From Isurus oxyrinchus (Eukaryota), in contig JANJGN010000385.1 in assembly GCA_026770705.1 (NCBI GenBank), positions 310,001-374,000 on the forward strand: DNA of 64,000 bases. Direction: 5' to 3'. The notes below the pieces were generated by a model. The model was not told the DNA's origin. It saw only the letters and a program-made list of their open reading frames with translations, and did no database searches. Every line of letters begins with the position of its first letter. Position 1 is the stretch's first letter. Made by a program: the position numbers and the translations under genes. Below, in pieces: positions 1-12,802 of the stretch.

Positions 1-1355
1 AATCCAACTTTGCCATTCTATCTTCTGCCAATAATTTCTCTGCCTTCCAGGTTCATTTGCTCTCTCTTCTAATTTTGGCTGTGCATCTCCCTTTGGTCAA
101 CCTCTTCTTGGGATCCCATCCCCTGCCATGTTAGTTTAAAGCCTCCCCAGTTGCATCAAGGGTAAAATGCCAATTGAAACAAGTGGCAACATCGAAGAAT
201 GACAATCCCACAGATCAATTTGAGCAATTAAAGACACCTCCAGACAAGGTTCCCACCACAAGACCTGGGCGTAACAGCAGATTACCTCTATGCTTTAGAG
301 ACTTAAATATTCAACAGATCTATACATTTATGTAATTGTCAAGAATTATGAAAATGATACCAGAAACCTCTTGTTCCCTGTCCTTGTCAAAGATCCATCC
401 CTGCAGCGGGAGCCTGAAGAGTTATTGATGTGGGGCTTAATTTGTCAGATTGTAGAATGATCTGGAACAGAAGGAAGCCATTTGGTCCATCGAGCCTGCG
501 CTGGGCCTTTGAAAGATCTGTCCAATTAGTCCCACTCTCACCTCTGCTCTCTCCTCCACAGCCCTGCAAAATGTCTCCTTCAAGTATTTATCCAGTTCCC
601 CTTCTGAAAGTTCCTGTTGAATCTGCTTCCACCGCCCTTTCAGGCAGTGAGTCAATGGTCTCTCTCTGAGCTGCAAAGTGATAATATTCTGTGAAATTTA
701 AACTCTGCAGCAGATCAGAAACAATCATGATAACTCAGAATATTTGACAGTTTTACACACAGACAGCTTTACCTTCCTTCCCTCTTTCAGTTATCTTGCT
801 CCCTTATTGAAGTATCTAGCAAGGTGAGAATGGACAGGAAGTGTGACACTGAACAGCCTGTCTATTCTAGGAGCTGCTGTGTTGTCTTCATGGGAAATTC
901 TGATTAAAATCAGCAAAAGACACAAAATTTCAGGGCATTGTTATCCGAGTCCCAGCATCAGGATAGACCTCATCCCCCAGTTGGTATTCCTGATTCTCTA
1001 TTCAGCGGATCGCTCCCCTGTCACTGGCTGAACTACACTGACTCCCAGTACAGCAATGTCTCAAATTTCAAATTCTCATCATCGATTTCTTACCCCACCA
1101 TCCCCCCTCTACACTCTCTATCTGTGTAACCTCCTCCAACCCTAAAACCCTCTGAGATCTCTGCTCTCCTCCAATTCTGCTGTCAGACAGGGAGTCAGTG
1201 TATATCAGTGAGCACAGGGGTGATGGGTGAATGGGACTTGGTGTGTGTTTGTACACTGGCTCACTGCTGAATCGTTTCCCAATCACAGCTCAATAAGAAT
1301 GATCTTTTACAAAGACTATTAACCATAAATCTGTCCAAGCTGATGATGTTATTAC

Positions 1356-1395
1356 CTTGGAGAAGTGACAGGAGGAAGTAAGATTTCCCGATCAT
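1356..1395 (-). CDS. Siglec-like gene E, signal-peptide (leader) exon; gene continues left of the window
   Basis: Reverse strand reads ATG ATC GGG AAA TCT TAC TTC CTC CTG TCA CTT CTC CAA G|gtaat = MIGKSYFLLSLLQ, phase-1 donor. Acceptor tttcag lies at 1438. One of five near-identical copies. Confidence 0.85.
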
Positions 1396-1626
1396 TGTCC
1401 ACTCCCAGATATTTCATTAGCTTCTGACTCTCAAACTCTGAAAGAGAAAGGAGTTAATGAGACCTCACCTCTTGTCCGACAGCTCTCAAGAGATCAGAAC
1501 TGCTTTTGGACAATGTCTTGACAGACTAATTTAATTCTCTGTGGGATGATAAGTGCTCTGCAGAGAGTTACAAGGCTTTAAGAAAGAAAAACATTGAAGG
1601 ATTTGCATTTCTAAAGCACCTTTCAG

Positions 1627-1911
1627 CGATCTCCCTGAGGCAGCACTTAGCCTCAGGGTGATGTGGGCTTTATCATGCGCATGTGTGACAGAGCGCACTC
1701 ACGCATTTGGGGAATGTCCCCACCCCCACCCCCCACCCCCGGCCCACACAGGAAGGGCATAGCCCTTCCCGCCGGACATCATGCTGGGTGGGCCTTAATT
1801 GGCACGCCCGCTTAAAATGGCGGCGGGTCCCGCTTCTCCGGTGGGGATTGGCTCCCCGCCCGCTGGAGATTGGGTCAGGCCCACCTGCTCGACAGGCTGG
1901 AAATTCAGCCC
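1627..1911. mobile_element. GC-rich insertion (probable non-autonomous DNA transposon fragment) flanked by a ~115 bp direct duplication
   Basis: ~1512-1625 is repeated at ~1912-2025. The insert is absent from the four paralogous introns and ends in GGAAATTCAGCCC. Confidence 0.5.
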
Positions 1912-2245
1912 AATGTCTTCACAGACTAATTTGATTCTCTGTGGGATGATAGTTGCTCTGCAGAGAGTTACAAGGCTTTAAGAAAGAAAAACAATGAAAG
2001 ACTTGCATTTCTATAGCACCTTTCACCACCTCAGGACGCCCCCAAGCTCATGTCTCTGCACTTCCCTCATCCCTTGAGCTAGAAAGATTTTCTGTACAAC
2101 AGACTTGAGCCTCACACCCTGATCTCAATAATCAGTAGAAATCTTTCAAAGGCATCAATCATTGGAATCTGTCTTTATAAAGTCACAACATCAACAAAGG
2201 ACGGTGTTGGTGGTGGAAGTGAATTCCAATCGTTCCGTTACTTAC

Positions 2246-2386
2246 CCAGTACCTGTCCGACTGCTCGCCTGGGGAGGAACTGCCCACACGCTCTGCTTGG
2301 GCTGAATGACCTCTTCCTGTGCTGCTCCCTCTGTGTGTTTAATTAGAAAGGGTGGATGTGTCACTGTGAGACAAAATGAGGAAGTG
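2246..2386 (-). promoter_or_regulatory. Gene E non-coding 5' exon plus conserved upstream ETS/PU.1-like block
   Basis: Conserved in all 5 genes and ends in a strong donor TGG|gtaagt. GAGGAAGTG at 2378-2386. Confidence 0.55.
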
Positions 2387-2614
2387 GGTAACCAGTGAGA
2401 AGATCGAGGATGTTTTGTGCTCTCAGCAAAACGTTTACCATCTGATGATCTGTCAGCTCATATATGGGCATCTATAGTCATGAAGCTTCTCCATTGGCTC
2501 CGTGGGATTAGACTCCTCCCCCTCACCTCGGAGGCTGAAACTCAGGCGATAAGAGTTCCCAATACAGCTCTCTGGCCTTATGATTCATTTCAACGATCCC
2601 TGTTATCATTACGG

Positions 2615-3592
2615 AGGGAGTGCTGCACTGTCAGTGGGACAGTATTGTGGGAGTGCTGCACTGTGGGAGGGTCAGTACTGAGGGAGTGCTGCACTAGCAG
2701 AGGGTCAGTAATGTGGGGATGCTGCAATATCAGAGGGTGAGCAATGTGGGAGTGCTGCATTTTCAGAGGTTCAGTAATGAGGGAGTGCTGCAATGTAGGA
2801 GGGACAGTAGTGAGGGAGTGCTGCACTGTCAGAGGGTCAGTAATGTGGGAGTGCTGCACTGTCAGAGGGTCAGTAATGAGGGAGTGCTGCACTATCAGAT
2901 GGTCAGTAATGTGGGAGTGCTGAACAGTCAGCGTGTCTGTACTGAGTGAGTTCCACACAGTCGGAGGCTCAGTATTGAGGGGGTGCCGGACTGTGGGATG
3001 GTTAATACTGAGGTAGAGCGGAGTAAGAGCAGATATCCTTTCATGGCAAAGTTTAACTGGAATTTATTTAAACAGAGATTCTTGTACTGTGTGTTATTGC
3101 AAAAGAAAGGATTTGAGGAACTAAGTCTTGTTCCCGTAAGCCTAAAAATAATTTTCACTGATTTCAATGATGTAGCAATGAAACCTCCCTCTTTGGGCAC
3201 CAATCTTGATTGAAACAACTTGCGCAGCACAGTGGGAGTACTGATAGAGTGCTGCACTGTGGGAGGTTGAGTACTGAGGGAGTGCTGCACTGTCAGAGAG
3301 TCTGTACCGCGGGAGTGCTGAACTGTCGGAAGGTCAGTAGTGAGGGAGGGATACAGTGTCAGAGAATCAGTACTGAGGGAGTGCTGTACTGTGGGTGGGT
3401 GAGTACTGAGGGAGTGCTGCACTGTCAGATTGTCAGCCATGAGGGAATGCTGCACTGTCAGAAGGTTAGTGCTGACGGGGTGCTGCACTTGAAAAGGGTC
3501 AATAATGAGGTTGTGTAGCACTGTCAGAGGGACAGTAATGAGGGAGCGCTGCACTGACGGAGGGTCAGCACTGAGGAAACGCTGCACTGTCA
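2615..3592 (+). repeat. 33-bp minisatellite (CAGTACTGAGGGAGTGCTGCACTGTCAGAGGGT)n in two blocks
   Basis: Tandem units are directly visible and produce the 'TVQHSLSTDP' ORFs. Mirrored at ~30860-31845. Confidence 0.9.
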
Positions 3593-4309
3593 GTTCTGAT
3601 TGTGGTCCGCAATGTCCTAAGTGCATTCTAGGCACTGCCCAAGATTCCGCCTGATGTCTGTGTAACAACAACATCATGTACAAGTCAAGAATAATTCTCA
3701 CTGTGTCAGTGCAGCAAGACAGCTTTGGAATGGCACCACCACTGGCAGGAGTGTGCAACTACAATGTGACATGTTTACATTGGAAATTTCTATTATAAAG
3801 ATGGGCAATGGAATTCATATAATGGAGAAAATGTGACAACAGGAAGTAATGTCTTTGAGCCAAGAATTTGGCTGCAAAATAAGAATTTTAATCTTTAAAT
3901 ATCTACAGAACAGGCTGAGCATTTTAATCACTTGAGTTAATCAATGTAATTTTATTCATAACCCAAATGCCTCCTACAATCTATCGCAGCATGAAAAAGG
4001 TGCAGTATTCAGAAAGCACATTCCAATCAGAGAACAGAGTTTAGCAACGTCACAGTTCTGTTCATTCCTATTTGACCATGTTGGCTGCACACAGCCAGAT
4101 AATGCCGTGGTTATGATGTGTCCACACAGCAGGACTGGGGAGCACCAGGTATAAGGAAAAGTTTCAGCTTGCTGAGGAGAAGAAGGAGAATCTCTCGTTC
4201 CAGGTTTCTCTCCGTACGTTAAGAAGCAGGCATGCCGATGTTTCATTGCACTCTGTCTGCTGATGGGAGTCCGCTTGGAAATTGCTGTTTGTGCTGATGG
4301 AAAGAATAA

Positions 4310-4910
4310 GCTTTTCATAAATCGAGGGATTGAGAACAAACACAGGGAGGTTATGTTGAACATTTATAAAGCTCTGGTTAGGTGACAACTAGAGTATTGT
4401 GTCCAGTTCTGGTCTCCTCACTTTGGGAAGGAAGTGAGGGTCCTTGAGAGGGTGGGGAGGAGATTGAGCAGAATGGGTCCAGGGATGAGGGATTTTAGCT
4501 ACAAGGTTGGGTTGGCGAAGCTGGGGTTGTTCTCCTTGGAGCAAAGGAGATTGAGGGGGGATCTGATCGAGGTGTACAAGATGATGATGGGTTTAGATAA
4601 CGGTAGACAAAGAGAAGCTGTTGCCATTAGCTGATGGTACAAGGACTGGGGGACACAGATTGAAGGTTTTGGGCAGAGGGGGGATGTGAGGAGGAACTTT
4701 TTTACACAGCGAGTGGTAATGAGCTGGAACTCGCTGGCTACGAGGATGGTGGAAGCGGAGACGATGAACGATTTCAAAAGGAAATTGGATGGACACTTGA
4801 GGGGAAATAAACTTGAAGAGATACAGGGATAGAGTGGGGGAATGGAACTGACTGGATTGCTCTACAGAGAGACAGCATGGAGTCGATGGGCCAAATGCCG
4901 TTCTTCTGTT
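4310..4910 (+). mobile_element. CR1-like LINE 3' fragment
   Basis: Translates to LVRxQLEYCVQFWSP...LGLFSLEQRRLRGDLIEVYK, typical of the CR1 ORF2 C-terminus. Mirrored at ~29550-30140. Confidence 0.85.
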
Positions 4911-4939
4911 CCATGATGAGATTGTTGCTGTACAATGCT

Positions 4940-5079
4940 TCAAACAGTCTGTCGACTTCCTTTCACTGTTTGTTCCTCCCAGACACAGACTCCAGCGATA
5001 GTGATAACCACAGCCACAAGGAATATCACAGCTCGTATTCCCAGGATCAGGATCACGTGCAGAATCTCTCCTCCACTGT
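4940..5079 (-). CDS. Gene A terminal exon: transmembrane segment with intramembrane Arg and short tail (activating type)
   Basis: Acceptor ttctctag|, phase 1. Reads SGGEILHVILILGIRAVIFLVAVVITIAGVCVWEEQTVKGSRQTV* with no Tyr. Not in the ORF track. Confidence 0.8.
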
Positions 5080-6761
5080 CTAGAGAACACACAGAAAGAA
5101 ATCATCACTGACTCTCCGCTTTCAATCTCTCACTCTGGCTGAACAATCAAGCTTCATATCACTGCAACATTTGCTGTAATATTGAACCATCCACTGGGAT
5201 TCAATGTGGAATGAATGTTTTCATTGTAAACACTCTAAGAGTGGACAATCGGAACTTTCCCCTTAGCGTGGAACATTGGTGAGAATGGATCATTGTGCTG
5301 TTGGACTCCCTGTCCAATGTTTCTCTCCATCGCTGTGTACAGGATTGTGCTGTAGAAAATTCTGGAAACGTTTTGTGAAGGATGGAAATCCATCTCGGAC
5401 GCGTGTGCGAATCGGGCAGGATCGAGATGGACTCCCCCATGGACTTACACCCCCCGCTTAATAAACAGTTCCAATCTTTACCCAGAGAGAGGGGAGAATG
5501 TGGAACTCGCTCCCACTGGGAGGGGTTGAGGTGAACAGTATCGATGTATTTACGGGGCAGGAGGGTCAGTAACCAGAGGGACACAGATTGACGAACTGGA
5601 GGGGGAGATGAGGAGAATTTGTTTTGACAGAGCAAGTTGTTGTGATCTGGAAGGTGCTGCCTGAAAGGGCGGTGGAAGCAGATTCAATAGGAACTTTCAA
5701 AAGGGGAATTGGATAAACACTTGAAGGAGGAAGATGGGGTAAAGTGGAGTGATGGTTAGTGGATCTGATGGGATAGAACATTGAAAGACCTGGCACAGGC
5801 ACAATGGGCTGAATGGCCTCCTCCTGTGCTGTATCATTCTCCGCTTCCATGATCTCTCCCCCAGTCAGTAACCACTCCAGATCCCTCTTGAAGGCAACAG
5901 AGAAACAGCAACCACCACACCCACAGACAGCACATTCTCGAGGATCACTGCTCTCTGGGAAAAGATGAACTCCCCAACATCCAGCCTATTCCTGCTTCCC
6001 GGAGAGTGTAAACCCTTCAGGGAGGCGCTGAGGAAGTTTTCAATAAAATGACATCAAATCTATCGTTTGAGAAATAATTGAATTCCGATGAACTCACAGC
6101 TTGTGAGGCAAACTGGGAAGTGGATTTGCTTGAAAAGCTGAGAGATGCAAGGGTTAAGTTCTACTGTGCACCACTGGTGGTACAGTGTAACTACAGCGTG
6201 ACGTTTACATAGGCAATCCCTATTATAAACAAGGACATTGGACATCAGGTGAAATAAGGGCAGTGGAAAAGTGAGAACATGATGTAAGCTTTTCACCAAC
6301 AGGAATTCCCTTCCTAAACCTCTCCACCTCTCTCTTACTCTCAGATACTCAAACAAAATTTCACACAGATTCACGTAAGGAGGAGTTGGGACAATTGACT
6401 GGTCAAAGGGTTAGGTTTCAGGAAGCTTCTTAAAGTAGGATAGAGAGTTGGAGAGACAGAGAGTATCTGTGAGTGTCTCTATGCATCTGAGTGTCTGTAA
6501 TAGACTTTGCAATTTCCATATTCTTCCATAAACATGAAAGGGAACAGAAATCTCAGAATCCAGGTCAACTCTCCGGTGCAGCACTGAGGGAGGTCAGGTA
6601 ACCCGCTGGGGAGTATTGTGCTAGTGTGTTTGTTTGTGTCTTTGTGTGTGCTCATATACGAGGGATTGTGTATCTGCAGGTGTCTATTTAGGTCTGTATA
6701 TTTGTGTGTGTTTGTGTCATGTTTCAATCTGAGACAGATGATGAAATCTGTGTGCACTCAC

Positions 6762-6914
6762 ATTCCACAGTGATGGTTATGAATCCCTCCACTGCTCCAT
6801 GTTCATTCTCTGCCAAACACTGATAGTCTCCAGTGTCCCTGGATTTAACGTGAGGAATCACCAACCACAGCTCATTGTTGGAACTTGTTCTGTTCATTGT
6901 GATATTCAGATGTC
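6762..6914 (-). pseudogene. Gene A C2b exon remnant (3' half only, acceptor lost)
   Basis: Homologous to the 3' half of the intact exon at 61850-62131 (NRTSSNNELWLVIP...DTGDYQC..ENEHGAVEGFITITVE), donor retained. The 5' half is replaced by ~190 bp of unrelated sequence. Confidence 0.8.
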
Positions 6915-7225
6915 AGGGCAGGACTCAGCAAGACAGATTGCAGGTTTACCAACAGAAAGTGAACAATAATTTATATTTAAAGGGAAGAGAGTGCTGATAG
7001 ATTGGCAAGTGGTCTCGGAGGTGTTGCCATGGAAAATAATGTGTGTGAGATTTAAAGTTTAAACAGCTTGTCTCTTCATTCAGCAACAATCAAATAAAGA
7101 TCAATTAACTTCTATCGACTGTGAAGCTAATTGAGAGGCATGAGAATGTGGACACTGAGAACGGGCTGCACTGTCAGAGGGTCAGCGCTGAGGGAGTGCT
7201 GATGTAGAAGGATTTCTCAACTTAC

Positions 7226-7522
7226 CTTGTACAGTTAGTACGAGAGTCCGCTCCGATGAAACAGATGGATATCTCACTCTGCAGCTGAGAGTGTGTCCGT
7301 GGTGTTTGAGTGATGGGATCAGGGTCAGAACAGAAGTATGGGTCAGAGTGACACCATGCTGAGTTACAGTGTTTGAGACTGATCCACGTACGTCAGTGGG
7401 AGTGTCCCAGGTTAAGACAGGTGCTGCTGTTCCATTGCACGTTGTGTTGAAGGTGCAGCTTACATCCACACGCTTTCCTGCAATAATTTCAGCAGGGAAT
7501 ATCATGGGTTTATCTGTGAAAT
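7226..7522 (-). CDS. Gene A C2-set exon (C2a, Siglec domain 2)
   Basis: 297 nt, phase 1-1, ag/gt ends. FTDKPMIFPAEIIAGKRVDVSCTFNTTCNGTAAPVLTW...HGHTLSCRVRYP, with the extra Cys of Siglec domain 2. Confidence 0.9.
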
Positions 7523-8250
7523 CTAACAGACAGAGAATGGATCCTTTTAGAGAAATATAACGTGAAGCATCAGTTCAAATAGAAATCACAGTCCCACAAG
7601 AGAAAGCACTTTTACAAGGATGATATCAGAACTGAGAGATTACAATGATCAGGAGAGAATTTCCTGCTTTGAGACTTTGGTGTTTCTGTCTCTCAGCGTA
7701 ATACACGTTCACTCCGAGACACTTGAACTGATAATAGTGGGTGAGGGTGGAGGAGCAGACCAGAGTTTGGAGTGCACTACCCCATCATTCACTCAGTGAT
7801 CTGGGCCATTTAGTACTTTGCAATTTGTGGGAGCTAGCTGTGCGCAAATTGGCTGCTGTGTTTCTCACATTACAACAGTAACTACAATTCAGGAATCAGC
7901 TCATTGGCTGTGAAGTGACTTGGTACATATTGAGGTGGTGAAAGGCTCCATAGAAATGTGAATCTTTCTTTTGTCGATATGTCAGACTTCGAGACAGGAT
8001 TAGAGAGATCGATGGGAGTGGATAACCTGATAACATTGATGGACACAGTCAATACATTTAATCATTGATATTAAAGTGAGTATTAGAGGTTGCTTTAGGA
8101 CTGAACTGGAAGCTATCACCAGGTTATTGAGAATCAGACAGTGTGTTATAATAAGCTGTGTTTTGTGTTAATATGTAAACGTCACAGTTTGTGTTATTTC
8201 CCATTGAGTGTTGGATGTGAACTGTTGAGTAATTATAACACAGCACTTAC

Positions 8251-8619
8251 CAGAAACGTGAAGCCGGGTTACAGGGTAATAGTTATGGCTCGGACCATTG
8301 TCAAATTCTATTCTGAAAAAATAAGGTCCCGCATCTTCTCATCTGATGTTGTCTATGATCAAGGAACAGTCGCCATCTTTCAGGTCTCCAGACAGCCGGG
8401 TCCGATGGCAGAACCGTGGTAACTCGTGACTGTGATCCTTGGAGTGAAAGTCAATGGGAGCCCAGGGAATCTGTTTCTCATTATTAAACCAGACTCCACC
8501 TCGCGGTTGGTTTTCCAGACACGATGGATAACTGAAATGACATGGAATCTGTACACACGAACCTTCCTGTGCTGTCACCTCTCGTGGAGTGTCACCTTTC
8601 CACTCTTGTGACAGTCCAA
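8251..8619 (-). pseudogene. Gene A second V-set exon (V2) with in-frame stop
   Basis: 369 nt with splice sites intact. TGA at 8339-8341 (NIR*EDAGPYFFR), where the paralog at 41715 has TGG. Confidence 0.85.
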
Positions 8620-8684
8620 CTGGGGAGAGAAATATCAATATTTAACTCTGGATGGTTTGTGGATCCACTGAACCCGATATTTAC

Positions 8685-9480
8685 AGATGAGGCTGAATTG
8701 GGGGGATGGTCAATACTGAGGAGAATGGCAACAAATTATTTTGGCAGGAAGAATAGAAAAACAGGATATTATTTAAATGGAGACAGGCTGCAGAATGCAG
8801 TACAGAGGGATCTGGGTGTCCTTGTACATGAATCACAGAAAGTCAGCATTCAGGAACACCACAGAATGAGGAAGGCAAGTGGATTGTTGGCCTTTATTGC
8901 AAATGGATGGAGTATAAAAGGAGGGAAGTCTTGCAACAGCTGCACAGGGCGTTAGTGAGATTGTAACAGGATCATTGTGTACAGGCAGTTCAGAGAAACT
9001 TCACTGGGCTGATTCCTGGGATTAAAGGGTTTGTCCTGTGAGGAAATGTTGAGCAGGTTGGGCCTGTATCCATTGGAGTTTAGAAGAATGAGGGGTGACC
9101 TTATTGAAACATATCCGATTCCGAGGGGGCTTGACAGGGTGGATGCTGGGAGGATGTTTCCCCCTCGTGGGGGAATCTAGAACCAGGAAGCACAGTTTCG
9201 GAATGAGTGCTCTCCCATTTAAGACTGAGATGAGGAGGAATTTCCTCTCTCAGAGGGATGCTAGCCTGTGGAATTCTCTTCCCCAGAGAGCAGTGGAGGC
9301 TGGGCCATTGAATGGACTCAAGGCTGAGTGAGGCAGGTTTTTGATCGACAAAGGAGTCAAGGGTTTGGGGGACAGGCAGGAAAATGGAGTTAAGGCCACA
9401 ACCAGATCAGTGAGAGCAGGCTCGAGGGGCCGAATGGCCTGCTCCTGTCCCTATTTCTTATGTTCCTACATTCTTACCTT
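8685..9480 (+). mobile_element. CR1-like LINE 3' fragment
   Basis: QRDLGVLVHESQK...FKTEMRRNFLSQR...LWNSLPQRAVEA. Mirrored at ~40830-41655. Confidence 0.8.
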
Positions 9481-9999
9481 CTTAAAATATTAAAGCAGTA
9501 GAATAAACATGCAAGTGAATGACCCGCTCGACCCACCTTCCATCTGGGGGTCCCATGGGGAGGACCCTTCCTGAGCCAGATCCACCAGCCAACATGGTCT
9601 GGATCCGAGCACAGGAGACACGGGGGGGAGTGACTAACAGGCTCCTTGTGACAGGCCCCGTCTGTCCAATGGCTGGCTTTCAGCTGCCAAGGCCAGAGTG
9701 GTCCTTGCTAAAACCAGCTCAGGACAGGTCAGGACCCCTGTGCAGACCCCCTCCAGCGCTGCAGCCTCTGTACAAACCCCTCATGCGCTTATGGAGAGAC
9801 ACAAACAAGGCTGCACATTACCGAGGAGAATCCCCTCTACGGACTAAGGGGCTGACTCATCACCTTAAACTCAGCAAATGAGGAGGCTCTCGCTCGGTAT
9901 CGGGGCTTGGCATTCGCTCAATAAAAATAATCAAATTACATTTTGGTCAGAAATCTAAGGATGTTGTACATTCCCTCAAAAATAAGACTCAAGGCTGAA

Positions 10000-11530
10000 G
10001 GCACAACTGCCGATGTTGGAGTGATGGGATCGGGGGATGGTCAAGAGGCTTGGTTTGGAGGAGCGCAGAGACCTCAGAGGGTTGGAGTGACTGGAGGAGG
10101 TTACAGAGATAGGAAGGGTTGTACGGTCTGAAAAAGTTAAGAGAGATTGGGAGAGTGTAGGGTCTGGAGGAGATTACAGAGACAGTGAGGGTTGTAGTGA
10201 TTGGAGGAGTTACAGAGATAGCGAGGGTTGTAGCGGCTGGAAAAGTTAAGAGAGATTGGGAGAGTGTCGGGTCTGGAGGAGTTTGCAGAGGTCGGGAGGG
10301 TTGTAGTGACTGGGGCAGGTTACAGGGGCAGGGAAAGTTGTCGGGACTGGAGCAGGCTACAGAGATAGGGAAGCTTTTAGGGGCATGAGGAAGTTACAGA
10401 AATAGGGAGGTTTGTAGTGGCTGGAGGAGGTTGCAGAGATTGGTAGGTTTGTTGGGCAGGATGAATTTACAGATATAGGGAAGCGTTAGATACTTCAAGA
10501 GGTTACAGAGAATGGGATGGTTGTAGGTACTGGAGGAGGACGAGGAGATTACAGGGATAGAGAGGAAACAAAGATGAAAATTTGGACATTGAGACTTTGC
10601 TTGACCAGGAGCCAGTCTCGGTCATCGAGCAGAGCGGGTGATAAGGGAATGGGACTTGGTGTGAGTAAGGACGTGGTCAGCAGTTTTGGATGGCCTCAAG
10701 TTTATGGAGTGTAGACCGTGTGTTGGAACAGTCGAGACTGGAGGTAATGAAGGCGTGGATGAGGGTTTCAGCAGCAGATGAGCTGAGACAGGGTGAAGTC
10801 TTGCGATGTTACGGAGGTGGAAATAGACGGTATTAGTGAGGGCACAGATATGAGGCCGGAAGCTCATCTCAGGATCAAATGGGACAACAAAGCTGTGAAC
10901 AGATTGGCTTCAATCTCAGAGAGCTGCCAGGGAGAGGAATGGAGTTGGTAGCGAGGGAACAGAGTTTGGAGCGGGGAATGAAGGCAATGGTTTCAGTCTT
11001 TCCAATATTTAATTGGAGGGAATTTCTGCCCATCCAGTACTGGATGTCGGATAAGCAGCCTGATAATTTAGCAGCAGTGGAGGAGTCGAGAGAGGTGGCG
11101 GTGAGGTAGAGCTGGGGATCCTCAGTGGACAGGTGAAAACTAACACTGTTCAGATGATGCTGCAAAGCCATTGCAAGTGATTCTCTGGCTACGATGAGAT
11201 GGATAAGAATGGAGCCAGGGGAGAGCAGTCCCACCCAGCTGGACGACAGTGGAGAGGTGTTGGAGGAGGATGGTGTGGTCGAGCGTGTCAAAGGCTGCAG
11301 ACAGATCGAGAAGGACGAGGAGGGAAAGTTGACCTTTGTCACAGTCACACAGGATGCCATTTGTGACCTTGATAAGAGCTGTTTCAGCACAGTGGCTGGG
11401 GTGGGAACCTGATTGGAGGGATTCAAACATGGAGTTCCGGGAAAGATGGGAACGGATTCGGGAGATGGAAACACGTTCAAGGACTTTGGAGGTGAAAGAG
11501 AGGCTGGAGATGGGACGGGGGTTTACACGG
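10000..11530 (-). mobile_element. L2-like LINE RT fragment with internal ~38-bp purine-rich tandem repeat (10080-10560)
   Basis: RPISSLSFTSKVLE...QSG..P.HCAETALIKVTNGIL...LVLLDLSAAFDTLDH, an L2-clade RT. Mirrored at ~38650-40070. Confidence 0.8.
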
Positions 11531-11794
11531 ACAGTGTGAAGGGTGGAAGGTGTAGTGGGGAGGAGACACGTCACTCAGGGGGGAGGTGTCATCACCCCTC
11601 AGCTCGGTTTACCTTACAGCTATGATGTGGATTCAATCACACACAATAAGCTCATGGATCTGGGAGCAGAAATAGACAAATCATTAAAAATAGTGACGCT
11701 GGTTAACACGGCCAAAAAACAAGCAAATCAAACACTATTATTTCCCATTGAGTGTTGAATGTGAATTGTTGAGTAATTATAACACAGCACTTAC

Positions 11795-12172
11795 CAGAAA
11801 CGTGAAGCTGGGTTACAGGGTAATAGTTATGGCTCGGACCATTGTCAAATTCTATTCTGAAAAAATAAGGTCCTGCATCTTCCCGTCTGATGTTGTTTAT
11901 AATCAGGGAACAGTCGCCATCTTTCAGGTCTCCAGACAGCCGGGTCCGATGGTCGAACCGTGGTAACTCGCGACTGTGATCCTTGGAGTGAAAGGCTATA
12001 GACCATTTAAACCATTTGTTCTGTCTGTCCCTCCTCATATACCAGATTCCGACATGTGTTTTCTTTACCAAATGTGATGGGTAACTGTGATGACATGGAA
12101 TCTGTACACACGAACCTTCCTGCGCTGTCATCTCTCGTGGAGAGTCACCTTTCCACTCTTGTGACAGTACAA
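11795..12172 (-). CDS. Gene A first V-set exon (V1), Siglec-type
   Basis: 378 nt, open, phase 1-1. CVQIPC...VGIWY...GDLKDGDCSLIINNIRREDAGPYFFRIE, essential Arg present. Confidence 0.9.
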
Positions 12173-12802
12173 CTGGGGAGAGAAATATCAATATTTAACT
12201 CTGGATGGTTTGTAGATCCACTAGACTCGATATCCACCCCCTCCATCACTGTGGCACAGTGGCTGCAGTGTGGACCATCTGCAGGACACACAAGGAAGTC
12301 CACAAGGTATCACAATGGATGGAAGAGAATCCTGGACACAGGAGTGGACAAGTTCATTCTACATTGGCTCATGGTCCTCAGGACCCTGTTTGTGCACAAG
12401 CCTTGCTATCCAACAGAACTGAAGTTGGGGAAAATCCATTTAGAATTCCACTGTCCTGGGAATTGTCCTAACTTGCTGAGTTTGTTTTAAATCTAACATC
12501 TATTTTTGGTCTGTTGCCTTAAAAGGAGTGTAACTGGGAGTCAGGTTAATTAGGAATTTTAGGAGTTATTATAGCTGTCATTGTAGTCTTATGTATGTGC
12601 TTGAAATCTTTTATTTTGATGACAAATATTTTAATTTATTTTTTTAAATCTCTAAAGGTCTTGGTGTAATTATTGCTTCTGAATTCAGTGCACACATCTC
12701 ATAATAAATACAAATTGCAAATTCATTATGATCGTGTGACCACCTTTCTCTCATGGACTTGGTCTGCCTGGCACACATCACCTGCCAAGTGATAACACTG
12801 TT

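Noticed and set aside
2590-3758. Long repetitive ORFs (TVQHSLSTDP / EGVLHC / RECCT), also at 30634-31866, 49128-49442 and 61097-61754
   Set aside because: Artefacts of a stop-poor 33-bp minisatellite that is open in several frames on both strands.
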